Assembly: GCA_003344405.1 (NCBI GenBank)
Contig: NOWV01000012.1
Coordinates: 1-64,000 of the forward strand
DNA length: 64,000 nt
Source: Trichoplax sp. H2
Taxonomy: Eukaryota
Reading direction: 5' to 3'
Below the pieces are notes generated by a model that saw only the letters and a program-made list of their open reading frames with translations, did no database searches and had not been told where the DNA came from. The position numbers and the translations under genes are program-made. Positions 26,409 to 38,863 of this stretch are shown piece by piece (the stretch's first letter is position 1; each line of letters starts with the position of its first letter).

Positions 26409-28966
26409 ATGGAGCACTACAGCTTGATGGTCCTAATATTCATGACCATTATAGTACTTCCTAGCGTCCAGCTAGCATTAATTCATTCACATGATTCTAA
26501 GGTTGGCTATTGTATTAATTAATATTTTTAGAGATAAAAGTTAAAATTTGATTTGATGATTTCGATCAAGTCAGGTTAATTTGCAGTATGAGTAAAAGCG
26601 AGCTCAAAATATGTGCTATCTGCTGCGTTTATTAAACTGATAATGAATTCTTATTGAGATAACCCAAAGTCAAATGTAACTAAAGCTTTGTCTGTTATTC
26701 CAAATTTAAATGGAGAAAGAGAGAAAAGAATAAGCAATTATGGTCTAAGCCCATCATTATCTCAAAGATTAATTAAATTAAGACATGCTTTATTCGACAT
26801 TTTCATTAATTTGATAATATATTATTTTATTGAAATAATCTCAAGTCAAATGTAGCTGTTAATAATATCTATCTTTTTTTAGAATGTATCCAATCCAATC
26901 ATAAACAACCAGCAAAATTCAGCTGAAAGTGATCCAGGCGAAAAATTTTTATACTGTAAGCACTCTGATAGCTACATGCCGTATTTACTGCAATTTGCAT
27001 TATCATTACAATAACAGAATTCTTGATATATGTATTGTATAAGTTATTTACTACAAGTTGTAATGTGTTCGTTAATAATGCAACTGTAATATGCTAATTG
27101 AAAGATCGTAACTTTTCACCTCATTTAATATAATAATTACACAATACCTCTAAGCTGGCTAAAATCTCGCGGTATTCAGTTGCAGTATTCTTTTATAATA
27201 TCTAGTTTGCGGTGGCCGTTTCAAAAGGTCAAAAGGATATATTAAATCACCCCGCTTTCCAAGGCGCTATCCTGATAACAGCTATTGCATCTATCAAATT
27301 TTAACTCGTCGATATCGAAGAATCTATCTTAAGTTTACACATTTTGATCTGGCCAATCCTAAGCCATATTGTACTGATTCTGTACGAATTTATAGTGGGA
27401 GATCAGCCTATAGTGGTTCATTAATGGCAGCTTACTGTGGTGGTGATCAAAGTTATGCCAAGAATCGGACGCTAGTTTCAACAACCAACATTGTCACTAT
27501 CTATTTCATCGCTAAAAATGATGGTTATCGTGGACGTGGATTTCGCATAGTTTACAAAGCAGCTAGGCCACCAACAGGTAAAGTCATTATTTTACAAATT
27601 ACGTTGATTTTGATATAGACATTTTTGATATGGCTTACTTTTCAAGTAAATTGATTAACAAGAGAAACTCTTGCGATTTAATTTTTTTTAGTTTTAAATG
27701 CAACTATTTTATTATCTTAATATAAAACTCTTTACCTTAGGCACAACAAGTCCTCCATCTACTACACAGTCTACACCAATGCCAACAACTCAATGGAATG
27801 ATAGTACAACTGCTGCAACAACGCAACCTCCGCAAACGCAAACACCATCGCAGCCAACAAGTACTTTAGAATCGACAACCATTTCAGCAAGCTCAATAAC
27901 AATACCAACAGTAGCTGCTACACTGCCAACTAATGATAGCACTACACAACAAACTGAACCACCAACGTTGCTGCCAAATACAACCACTACGACTATACCC
28001 GATAGCAATTCCACAGGTTAAAATTAATTTTCATGTTTCGTTGGTATATAACTTTATTAGTGGATGCAAACCGATATTTGCTCTTAGTAGATGGTGGAAA
28101 TTAGCTAATAAAAATATTGTAAATAGTAATATTTTAAAGTATGCTAATATAAGATTCAAGAATAATCTTCCATTCATATCCTTCACCTCGTTACCTTAGA
28201 TGCACCCAACCGCTGTGGAATACCTGCAATCGATGGCAATTTATTATCTAGAATTGTAGGCGGCGTTGAAGCTAAAAAACATTCTATTCCATGGCAAGTC
28301 ATGGTATCTAAAGGAAATAGCCTTTGTGGTGGTAGCCTATTAAATAAATTCTGGGTAGTTACTGCTGCACATTGCCTGCCATCATCAACATCCAGTGCTA
28401 ACACTGTTACTGTCAGATTAGGTAAACATAAGCTTATCAGTGAACCTAATCAACAAGATATAGTGGCGGCGGCTATCTATATCCATCCTCAATATTCAAC
28501 CTCAAGTAAAGACATCGGATTGATTAAACTATCACGAGCAGCTACTCTATCTGATCAGGTTACCTCAATATGTCTGCCGAAATCTACCGATAATTTTCCA
28601 CCAAATGAAAACTGTGTTGCGTCTGGTTGGGGTAGCATGGCTTTTGGTGGGAATTTGCCTACTGCATTGCAAAAAGTTGTCGTCCCTATTGTTAGCAATC
28701 CCATTTGTAATCGACCAGAATCTTATAATGGTGGTGTTGCTAGTCACATGTTATGTGCAGGTTTCGGTAATGGCGGTAAAGATGCATGCCAAGGTGACAG
28801 TGGCGGACCTTTATTCTGTAAAACACCTAATGGACTTCATAACCAATGGTCATTAGTTGGTCTTGTCAGCTGGGGCGATGGATGCGCTAAGCCAAATAAA
28901 TATGGCGTTTATACAAGAGTTACCGATTTTGTCGATTGGATTGGACAAACTATCGCAGCAAATTAA
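26409..28966 (+). CDS. Secreted CUB + Thr/Pro-rich linker + trypsin-like serine protease, about 526 aa; exons 26409-26501, 26883-26955, 27206-27577, 27741-28016, 28200-28966
   Basis: Signal peptide MEHYSLMVLIFMTIIVLPSVQLA; CUB domain (CGG..GYIKSPRFP..YP..C.Y..YCG..GFRIVY); activation site LSR|IVGG; catalytic motifs TAAHC, DIGLIKL, DACQGDSGGP. Exon phases are consistent. Confidence 0.9.
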
Positions 28967-30973
28967 TGAAAGCTTTAATAGAATTGGGTTCTAGTCTCCA
29001 TACCATTGTCTTACTACTTTATAACCAAGAGCTTTCAATATACGTATAAAATATCGATGCAGATTTCATTGAATAACCGTTAGCTTTTATATCTACATAT
29101 CTTCGCAATTCTCAAAAATAGCTTACAATTTTAATGCACGTTATTTTATTACAGTCAGTCTAGTCTTTTCTACCAACATCAAGTCAGTTGAACATGAATG
29201 TCATACATTATACTTTATTCTCATTTTGCTACTCTTGACATATATTTTTTAGCTACATAATTTCTACTTTTATTGTAATACGAGTATCTATAGCAAGAAT
29301 AAAGTTTGTAACATCAACTTCTGACCATATTTTAAATGAATGATACAATTATTAATAATCACAGCTGATACTGAGTTACCATCAGCTGCTGATAGGATTA
29401 GTAATCCTTCTAGAATAATATATGTACATCGGCTCGTTCAAAAAAATAAATATGCATCGCACCATTATCTACTAAAAAATCTGATTGGAGAATCGACTCA
29501 GGGTCTAATGAACCTTAAAGATATACGTAATAAATGATTAGGACTTGAATTGCCTTGCGGAAATGATGATAACAGTATTGAATTAGAGAGAGTCTGCATT
29601 GTAAAGATCATATGATGACATCTAATAAAGTTAATTATAGTTTTAATGAGTAAGCATACTATAAAGTAAGCATAAGATTTTATTTATAATCAAAGTATTA
29701 GATTCTTTAATTCTTTCTTAGTTAATTACCTAATGTTGCTATAACAGTTTTGTATTACTGTTGATTATTATAATGGATTCATTGAGAAATAAAGAATAAA
29801 TTATTCTAGTAGTAATCAATAAACCCGTAATATATAATTTTGATCAACAAGTTGTTGACAGCCTTGTATTAACTGATGATCTTACCAATTTATTCATGTA
29901 AACAGAAAGTTAATCTATGCTATCTAACATCACGAAAAGTTTTAGTATCTATAGACATTGTATTTGTAAAAAATAACTTTTCCAATAATAAATACTTATA
30001 TAATAGATAAATGAAGTTCCAGTCATTTCTGAATGTACATGTATGCTAATATCATTTTAATATACGCATATTATTTTGCCCTTATTCGTTTTATTTATCT
30101 AGCTAATTGAAAGAATTGCAGTTCCAGCACATTATTTTCGAATTGATGTAATAATCATCATGGTAACATCATACGCCATCCATATTCACAAAATTTCAGA
30201 AAAGAAAGTTAGATCAAAAATAGTGCAATATACTTTATGCAAATCGTTTACGCTTAAAGGGGAGGTCAAATTGACATTTTTTAAGACGTAAACAACGGTA
30301 ACAAGCGTTGATAGTGAGCAGCTATGCACTCATCACTTAGCCGCAGGGCATGAACAGTCAACATTATATCGATAAATTAATATTGTAGCTATAGATATAT
30401 ATAACAAATATAATTCGGATGTTTAATAAATTAAGTTATTTCGATTTTTAAACCTTAAAATGAAAAATTTGTTACTCTAGACGATAGAATCTTATCAGAA
30501 TACTTGAAAAATGTATAAGAAAATACTACCTCAGGCTATACCATCTTGTAAGTTTCCGTGTAAATTTTAGGGTGCATAATGCCTCAAAATATTTTTGTTA
30601 TTCGCTTCGTTTAGGACAACATAAACTTCTTCAATTTTATAAACAAAAAATACACAATAGGCTTAAGGAGCGGAATGCTCAAATCCATCATCATCACCTT
30701 GTCATCCATAAGTGTGAAAGAATTTAGATGAAACAAAGTTATAAATAAACAATTCATTAAAATTTTAACGTTGTTTATCAAATTTTTGCTTGCATTAAGA
30801 TATAAAATGATGCAAGATAACCCATTTTAGTTATAAATCTGTAACATTGGAAACTTCAATAACTTAAAATTGATATTCATTCTATAACCTTGATTATATA
30901 ATCATTTGCATACTATACCCTTTAGAGGAACCAATTGCAGACTAAGATCTCAATCAAATTCTGGTCTGATAAT

Positions 30974-33955
30974 ATGCAGGTATACGCGTAATGTCAGTTT
31001 AAAATGTTAGCCTAGATACTTTGCACTTGTTATTAAATTCATTTTTAATAACTCTTAAATTTATATCATCAGCTTACGCTACTTTAAATCCTGAGCTTTA
31101 GCCAGTATTTTGTCTTGATACAATGCGCTAATCTTACGAAAGAAGAATTTAAAATTTAAATGTCCATTTATTATTTTATTTTAAAACAGAAATTTAGTCT
31201 GGATATCAAGTAATATATAGCGTTAATATTAGTTATATTTTATTGAATAAACAGAGAAATTCATTTATCTTAACTTATTCGAATTTAGCGGCTTATCGTT
31301 TTGTTTCTACAAGATTTACAACAATTTAGCAAAGTTAGTGTGGCATATGCAGCATATAGGCTGCTATGATTAAATTTTTTCTTTTGTATTCCACTATCTG
31401 AGAGTGTGACACGTACACCTAACTAATAGTCGAAAGTTGAGATAGAAGAATAATGATTTGAGAATATTGAGTATTATAAGTCAGTTACAATGTAATCATA
31501 TTGCTTAGACTAGGAATAACAAAAGATTACTATACTAGTTTTTAATATTTAAATATAGATTAGAAATTACATATTTGCCGGTATTAGTAAATTGCATTGC
31601 TTTCTTGAGATGATACATTGATAATAGTTTCGACCAAGAATTAGACTCCTAAAATTACTAATAAGAAATAATACCTTGATAACATAAATCATTTTGAAAT
31701 ATATGGAAATCATAAAAATACTGAACTAGATATAATGTACCAAATAAAATTTGTAAATATATAATTACTATTTAACCGTAATCCACTTTGCATAGCATCG
31801 TTTATATGTTTGGTATAATTTTCATTTGTAGTGCTACAAATATTTTCTGGTAATGCTTTTAATAGCTATTGCTGCAAATTGTGGAATGTCAAGAATGATT
31901 AATAGCCAGGTCAGATTTCGTTGCAGAGTCATTAATTAATGTGTTTAGGGTTAAGATAATATGTTAATACTTGTATCAGTGACTTAATTTGATCTAATGT
32001 TATGAATAAAAAGTTTTACCTTCAATATCAATTTTAATAAAGTTATACCGACTTGGCACACATTTCCTGAAATAGTAAGTTTGCAAGATTAAAATTTTTA
32101 ATGACACGTTCTTCATATACTTTATTCTAGCCTAAAAATGGCACTGACGCAAGAGTCTCTTCAAAAACTAACATAAAATGTATGTTTACTAAATAAGGGG
32201 TGTAATTCAAATCGAAAAGATAATCTCGGCAATTTATCACCAATTTTTCGTAAAGCCACTTAACATTCTTACAATTTCTCTCCTTATTCCTATACCAATA
32301 CTATAGTTTTATCTACATCACTAAGCGGTTTATAACAAATTTAGTCCGAATTTAGTAAATTTTATGACATTGAAATGATTTGCTATTATACAATAAAGGA
32401 TAGGACTGATTTACTTTACAGCTGGCAAATTAACGCTCTGGCAATTGCATTAATAAGCTTATAATTCATTCTTCTTAATATAGCCTGCGGAGGACACTTT
32501 ACTGGGCAAACTGGTATAATTACCTCGCCCAACTATCCAAATTACTATCCAGACCGCAGTAACTGCATATACAGGGTTACTGGACCTCAAGGCAGTAAAA
32601 TCAAATTAGAGTTTCTAGATTATCAACTCGGGTTAACATTACCGTTGTGCAAAGATGTTATAATCTTTTACGATGGACCTTCAACATCCAGTAAATTCTT
32701 AGCTGGATACTGTGGCGGAGATCCAGCAACTAGCTATCCTATTAAAGCAAGAGGAAATACCGTTACTTTTCGCTTTAAAACTGTAAACGATGGACGCGTT
32801 GGCAAAGGTTTCAAGATTAGATATACTGCAACTGGATCAGGTAAGTCAGGAAGTGCATAAGAACTTGATTAAGATTACTCTCTTAAAAAGAATTTGACAG
32901 TTTTAATTTACGTGCGAATTTAATGTTTATAAAATCTATTGTATCGGTATAAAGGTCATCAAGAATAGTCTTATTATTTTTTTCTCGCGGATGAGTCAGT
33001 TAATTCTAGTATCATTTGGGTCAGATTTAGCATTCGTTGTTTATTTCTCTGATTCAGGAGGTAATAGTCCCACGCCAACATCTGCTACTATCGCAAACCC
33101 CACTCCTTCCGATTCAGGTTATATCACTTTTGCATTACTTATCTGTATAATCTATTACGAACCTTTAATAAGTTTTAGAAAATGCTGTAAATAGGCCCAT
33201 CATGTGGCTTTACATCGACAAACTTATTTAGCAAAATAGTTGGTGGTGTGGAAGCAAAACGCAACTCTATTCCCTGGCAAGTAGCCTTGTTTAAACATAA
33301 TCGTTTTTTTTGCGGTGGCTCTCTGATAAATTCTCGTTGGGTCCTAACTGCTGCACACTGTTTGCCTTCGTCAAGTTCACAAGCTAGTAGTTTACATGTT
33401 CGACTAGGTGAGCATAATTTAATTAGTAATGACGGCTCTGAACAAGTAATCAGCGTTTCCGCTATATATCGCCACCCGCAATATTCTGGATTAAACAGAG
33501 ACGTTGGTCTGATGAAACTATCTCGTCCAGCTACGATTAATAGTAAAGTCTCGACTGTGTGTCTCCCCCAGACAACAGATAATTTCCCCTCTGGTACAAG
33601 TTGCGTTGTTTCCGGCTGGGGCTCACTTTCAGCGGGCGGTATTTTGCCAAATAAGCTACGAAAAGCAGTCAAACCTATAGTTTCAACTTCTGCATGTAAT
33701 CGACCTCAATCTTACGGCGGAGCGATTACACAATATATGATTTGTGCTGGCTTTCAACAGGGAGGCATCGATGCATGTCAAGGCGATAGTGGAGGTCCAC
33801 TAATGTGTCCGACCCCTAATGGCAAGCCTAACCAATGGACTGTTGTAGGAATTGTCAGTTGGGGAGAAGGATGTGCTTTTCCAAATAAATATGGTGTTTA
33901 TACTCGCGTAACTTCCGTGCTATCATGGGTTAACAAAATAATTGCCACTAAGTAA
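30974..33955 (+). CDS. Second tandem secreted CUB + short linker + trypsin-like serine protease, about 436 aa; exons 30974-30979, 31832-31909, 32131-32179, 32484-32840, 33058-33117, 33195-33955
   Basis: Signal peptide MQ|CYKYFLVMLLIAIAANCG (the 6-nt first coding exon is tentative); CUB domain CGGHFTGQTGIITSPNYPNYYP; FSK|IVGG; TAAHC, DVGLMKL, DACQGDSGGP. Confidence 0.88.
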
Positions 33956-35236
33956 TGATTGATTATCGCTTGTTGAGTCTTATTAATCACGTAGTTTTCT
34001 TTCTCTATTGCAGCCCATAACCGTTAAAAATCTATGATAGCTATCGAAATGCCATTAAGATGCTGTATCGTTTTATTAAAGTATTTTATCCTTGGCATTA
34101 CAGTAACTAGTGATAAAGTTGGAAATAGTTAAATTATAGTTGATCCGTTAATTGTATTTCACTTAAACATCATATTTGTAAAACTATTTCACTTTTTAGC
34201 ATGTAGTTATGGATTACGTGTACAACATAGTCTATCAGTGGCTGCCGTCATATTATGTTATGTTATCAATCACTAAATGATATCGTCGAAGGTAACTTCT
34301 TTTAAAATAATTCATAAACTTCAAAGCGAAGTTAGATATGAGGGATTAGCCAATTCGTTTATAAATAAAAGGATCTATTATTGAAAATCGGCATTTATTG
34401 GTAGTAGTACTTATTTACAATTATTTTTTGGTAATGATTCAATATCAAACAAGTAATAATGATGCATGCCAGTAACTGATATTCAAATCGATTATTTCTT
34501 ATGGTGCCATAACACCTGGTAACTATATGTACGTAAGATATTTTTAGTAATTTGCTCGAATTTCTGTCATTTCGCTTCATGCAACATCAGACTTCTAACA
34601 TAATATTGCTGTATGAAAGAAAAGCATAAAGAAGAAGATATTGTGAAACTTTTTTAGTCTTGAAGTAACATCATTCTAGGTTACCTTCAAACTCATAGAT
34701 CTGCATGCTTTGTAGAATGAGTATAGTAATTAGTTGACAGTCGAAGGCAGGCCAAAGTGCAGTATTACATGACATTCAGTTAATACCTTAGTAGCACCTT
34801 CAGAAAAAGTTAAGTTGGATCATGCATACACTATTGAATAATTGAGTCCTTAAACTCCACAGTACTGTAAAGTATGCGTATAGGCACCGCATAAATGGGT
34901 ATTACAATTATTTATTTACATCAATATCACTCGTTTTATTCTAACCAAATAAGATAAAAAAATATTGTCGAAGTACTGCATACGGGATCCATTTTGAAGA
35001 CAATTTTCAATTTTCGTATAAAAGCGGTGAAGCAGCAATACTTGGATATTTTCCCATTCTATCCACGCTACGTGTTACCGTAAGAACCAACGATTTAGGC
35101 ATGTAAATATTGGAAATCATTACTTGAATATAAAATAAAATGTACGACAATCTATTTGCAAAATTGCTATATTCATTAGATGATAATTTGGTTATCATTA
35201 AATTCATTCTGTACAAATTGATTTAGCTAAAGTTGA

Positions 35237-36384
35237 TTAGCTCCGGTTGTGTTTCTTTTTAAATTTAATTTCAAAGCAGGCATATATCTCTACTCGAATA
35301 TGCATGGTAGATAAGGCCGGTCGCTGAGATTGCGATTCTGTCGAGCTTTCAAATTCTTCATTTATGGGTCTATTCGATTCACCTAACCAATCGTCGGAAT
35401 GGACCTCTTTGATAAATATCGGTTGGCCAACTGTGCCACGAAATATATTAGCAATACCAGATGCCTTAGCCTGAGCACTTTTTACTGCAGCCACTAACGC
35501 TTGCTGTCTGTTAGTATCATTAGAAATTAATTCACAGTTAAGACTTAATTATAATTATCAGAAGGGAGTTAATTAAGCAATGAAATAATTATGAGAAGTA
35601 CCAAAAATTCCAGGATATGCGTTTACCACATTCGTACTACTACTGAACTTGACTACATTGTACATATGCGTATAAAGACGATATAGAATAATTTATTCCT
35701 TATGAAGGCAGCTAAAACATATTTAACAATTACAAAAGTCTATCGGAAGCGTAGATAGTAAGTACGTTAGCACAAAAGATATCTTTTTAATCAGAATTAG
35801 AATACCTGTTGATGTAAAGTAGGTAACGCGAATAATCCCTATGCTAGCTCAGTTACACTTTACCTCAGATTAGTGGCTTTAAACGAATCGTGTAGGTATA
35901 CGATCCTACTAACGTCTACACTTTCATCGAGTTTAGAAACGAAGAAATTTCTTAAGATTTCACACTTTTTAAAATCTGTCAAGTGGGCGACAATTTCCGT
36001 TTTGATTAAAAATTTGGATTTCTCTATTCTGTTAATATTGTTGGAAATATCGATACAATCATCTTTTAATCCGTTGTTGTGCAAAGTCTGAAGTACGTAT
36101 TCCAATCGCCTGTTGGTGCTAGTTTCTGCATCGGAAAAGTTGCCTTTACAACTACAGATGGTAATCTTGAATTGTGCCTTCGTAGGAGGAAGTGCGACCT
36201 GTCCAATTGCTGTTACTTGTAATTCTCCTTTTCTATCTTTAACATCATTGGCAATCATTCGGTTGCTTTTCAGTAGATCACGGTGGGTGGGAAATTTATT
36301 TCTGTCATCGGTTGAAGAATTTTTAGGATTTTCCAGTGTAGCATAGCATTTAATTGAGCTGTCAGTATATTGTCTATAATCCAT
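35237..36384 (-). CDS. IRAK1BP1: IRAK1-binding protein 1 (SIMPL/DUF541 domain), about 263 aa; exons 36384-35864, 35507-35237
   Basis: ELQVTAIGQVALPP.., TNRRLEYVLQTL, RNFFVSKLDESV, NLR|RQQALVAAVKSAQAKA..TVGQPIFIKE..W.GE and basic C-terminus FEIKFKKK all match IRAK1BP1. Confidence 0.88.
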
Positions 36385-37199
36385 ATCTTTCCTCGATAAA
36401 ATAAATAATGATTTTATAATCAATTGCTATACAGTATAACAACAGCTAAGCTAAGTTTTTCTTTCAGTTTTCAATCATAAAAGATAGACAATCGCCGTTT
36501 ATCTTTCCACTTTTAAATCTTTCAGAGTGGTTGTTAGATTAGATTAATCAATTTCCGTGCCCCTAGTAAATATTTAGGAATCTTCTATCGAAGTTATCTA
36601 TCTTACAGTAGCTGCGGCATTACAGCCAATCTTGAAATGGACAGATTTAGAGCTTCTCTTCCAAGCCTCTGGAAGTTATGGTTCGCGCCAAGAAGTTATT
36701 GCGCAATCGTAATGACTGACTCTTTACGGACAGAGTGACAGAGAAATAAGACGTCTCTTCGTCGCTAGCTCTTCCGACCTGCTATGTTGTACTGTATGCA
36801 GTAATGAGTACTAGACGAGGAGTACAATACAGTAGTGTATTGCATCGGAGTCAAGCGTTACTGGAACTCCGATCGGTATTTTTATGATTGTACACTGTAC
36901 AATAATTGATACAAGGTGCTAATTTTTCAAAGGATCAAGCAGCCTTTAGAAAAAATTTATGGTGTATGCAAATCGCCTTGAACATACAGCACTTGCCGTA
37001 TATAATTCCACACAGTAATAATTCACTGTACGTTTGTAGAACATAAAAGTCAATCCCATTCGGGCCTTAACCATAACAATCGTGTCAATCCCTGTCTGTT
37101 AATATTGAAGTCCCGTTAATAGTTTATAATCAGTGCACTGATTGGCTATAAGGCATCACATGACATATGTCAAATATGGTGTTTGACATGATACGAACA

Positions 37200-37700
37200 A
37201 ATACAGTACATACAGTACTACATACTGTACTATACTGTATACTCTACACTGTAGTGCACTATTCGTTGAAACTTGAAAGTTGAAACCAGTGGTTGCATAG
37301 TGATTAATTTCAAATCTTTCAGCTAAGTGCAGTTTGCACGATGAGTATGATTATATTGCAACAGTACTGTGTACAGTGCAGAAGTTGAGTGCACTGTATT
37401 CGTTAACTCGAAACTTTTTTTATTTATTTATTTTTTTTACATCTTTATGTGCTCGTAACACGTGGTAGCCATAGAGATATTTCTTTCTTTCTTGCAGTAC
37501 AGTACATGTAGTACAGGTGTACAGTATGTACAGTACAGTACATTGTACACAGTACTGTACACTGTACAGTACACTATTATACTGTGCATTTTGCTATCAC
37601 CATCACCTCGTCTCTTTTTTAGACTACTGTAACTGCAAATTTAATTACATTAAGTTTTCTGTAACAACGCGAAGTGTTGCAGACCTTCAGTACTGTACTA
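37200..37700. repeat. TACAG/CTGTA tracts in the IRAK1BP1-SLC35F divergent promoter
   Basis: atacagtacatacagtactacatactgtactatactgtatac (about 37200-37260) and gtacagtacagtacattgtacacagtactgtacactgtacagtac (about 37495-37590). Confidence 0.85.
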
Positions 37701-38863
37701 GGTGAACGCGATTCATCGATTGCCCAACGAGAAATTTCGGCATATCATTGGTTAAGGAGCTGAGCATCTAACGGTAAGTATGGAGTAATATTACTGACTT
37801 ATAATCAGCTTTCATTTAATAAAATCCTAGAGCAGCATATTTAAAATGAATTCAAATACTGCTAATAGTGTTCTAGCTAATACACGTGTGGTAAAATGAT
37901 TGGAAAAAAAGTCTTTGCATTAATGGTACGGTATTATAGAGTACTGTAGAGCAGTGTGAGTTAAGCGAAGTTAGCACTACGGTAAATCGTTTGAAAACAT
38001 GGAATGAGTAAAGGCCATGATAGGGCCCATCTTTGCTATCCGTTTTAGTGGTATATCCTCAACTGTGATTGATTCAATGTTCATCGTTTGAATAGCCTTT
38101 TATGTACTGTAGATACCGTATTTTGCCCATAAAGTCACCGGAGCTGACATGATATTCATTATACTGTACACTACTGCATGTATAATATAATTATTAGATT
38201 TGGAGAATTTTAAAATAATAAAAATTATTAAGTGTACTGTAGGTTTTTACAGCGGTCTCTGCGTACATGTTATTATGCACGGATCTTAATTTATCGTGAT
38301 GGTGTTATGTTGACTTATAAAGTATTAATGTACGGTAGTACACGTATACGATTATATATTTATATTTGAAGATCCTAGAAAACTTCATTGATAGATGCCT
38401 TAGTTCACATGCATGACCTATGAAATGAAGCTTTCTATTCTCAATGAATGTTGAATGTCCAAATTATGAAATACCGTTGAGCCATATACTGCACCTAAGT
38501 TACCAAACGAGATAGTGTAGGTTGCTGCAGTGGACACTGCGCACCAGCTGAAAGTTTCACAGTTGAATGATAGCAATTCGTATTGCTTTATAAATAAAAC
38601 TACATAGAATGGTCGAGCAGTTTTTGAAAAGACTCTCAGTTTTACGCTTACTGTAACTACCAGTGTACTGCATTTGGGGCTTACTACTATATAGTACATT
38701 GTACTTTAATTAACTTTTAATAATATATCCATGGGCCACAATTTTATGTAGGCTCAATATTAGTTTCCAACATGTTTATAAGCATAGTTTGCAGTAATGC
38801 TGAATAATTACATATAACATATTATGATATCATTGTTGTTGGTTCTTAATACCAGAGCAGAAA

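Noticed and set aside
27790-28014. Val/Gly-rich antisense ORF, plus other antisense ORFs over NME5, RB1CC1, the proteases, IRAK1BP1 and dynein
   Set aside because: Shadow frames of real coding exons.
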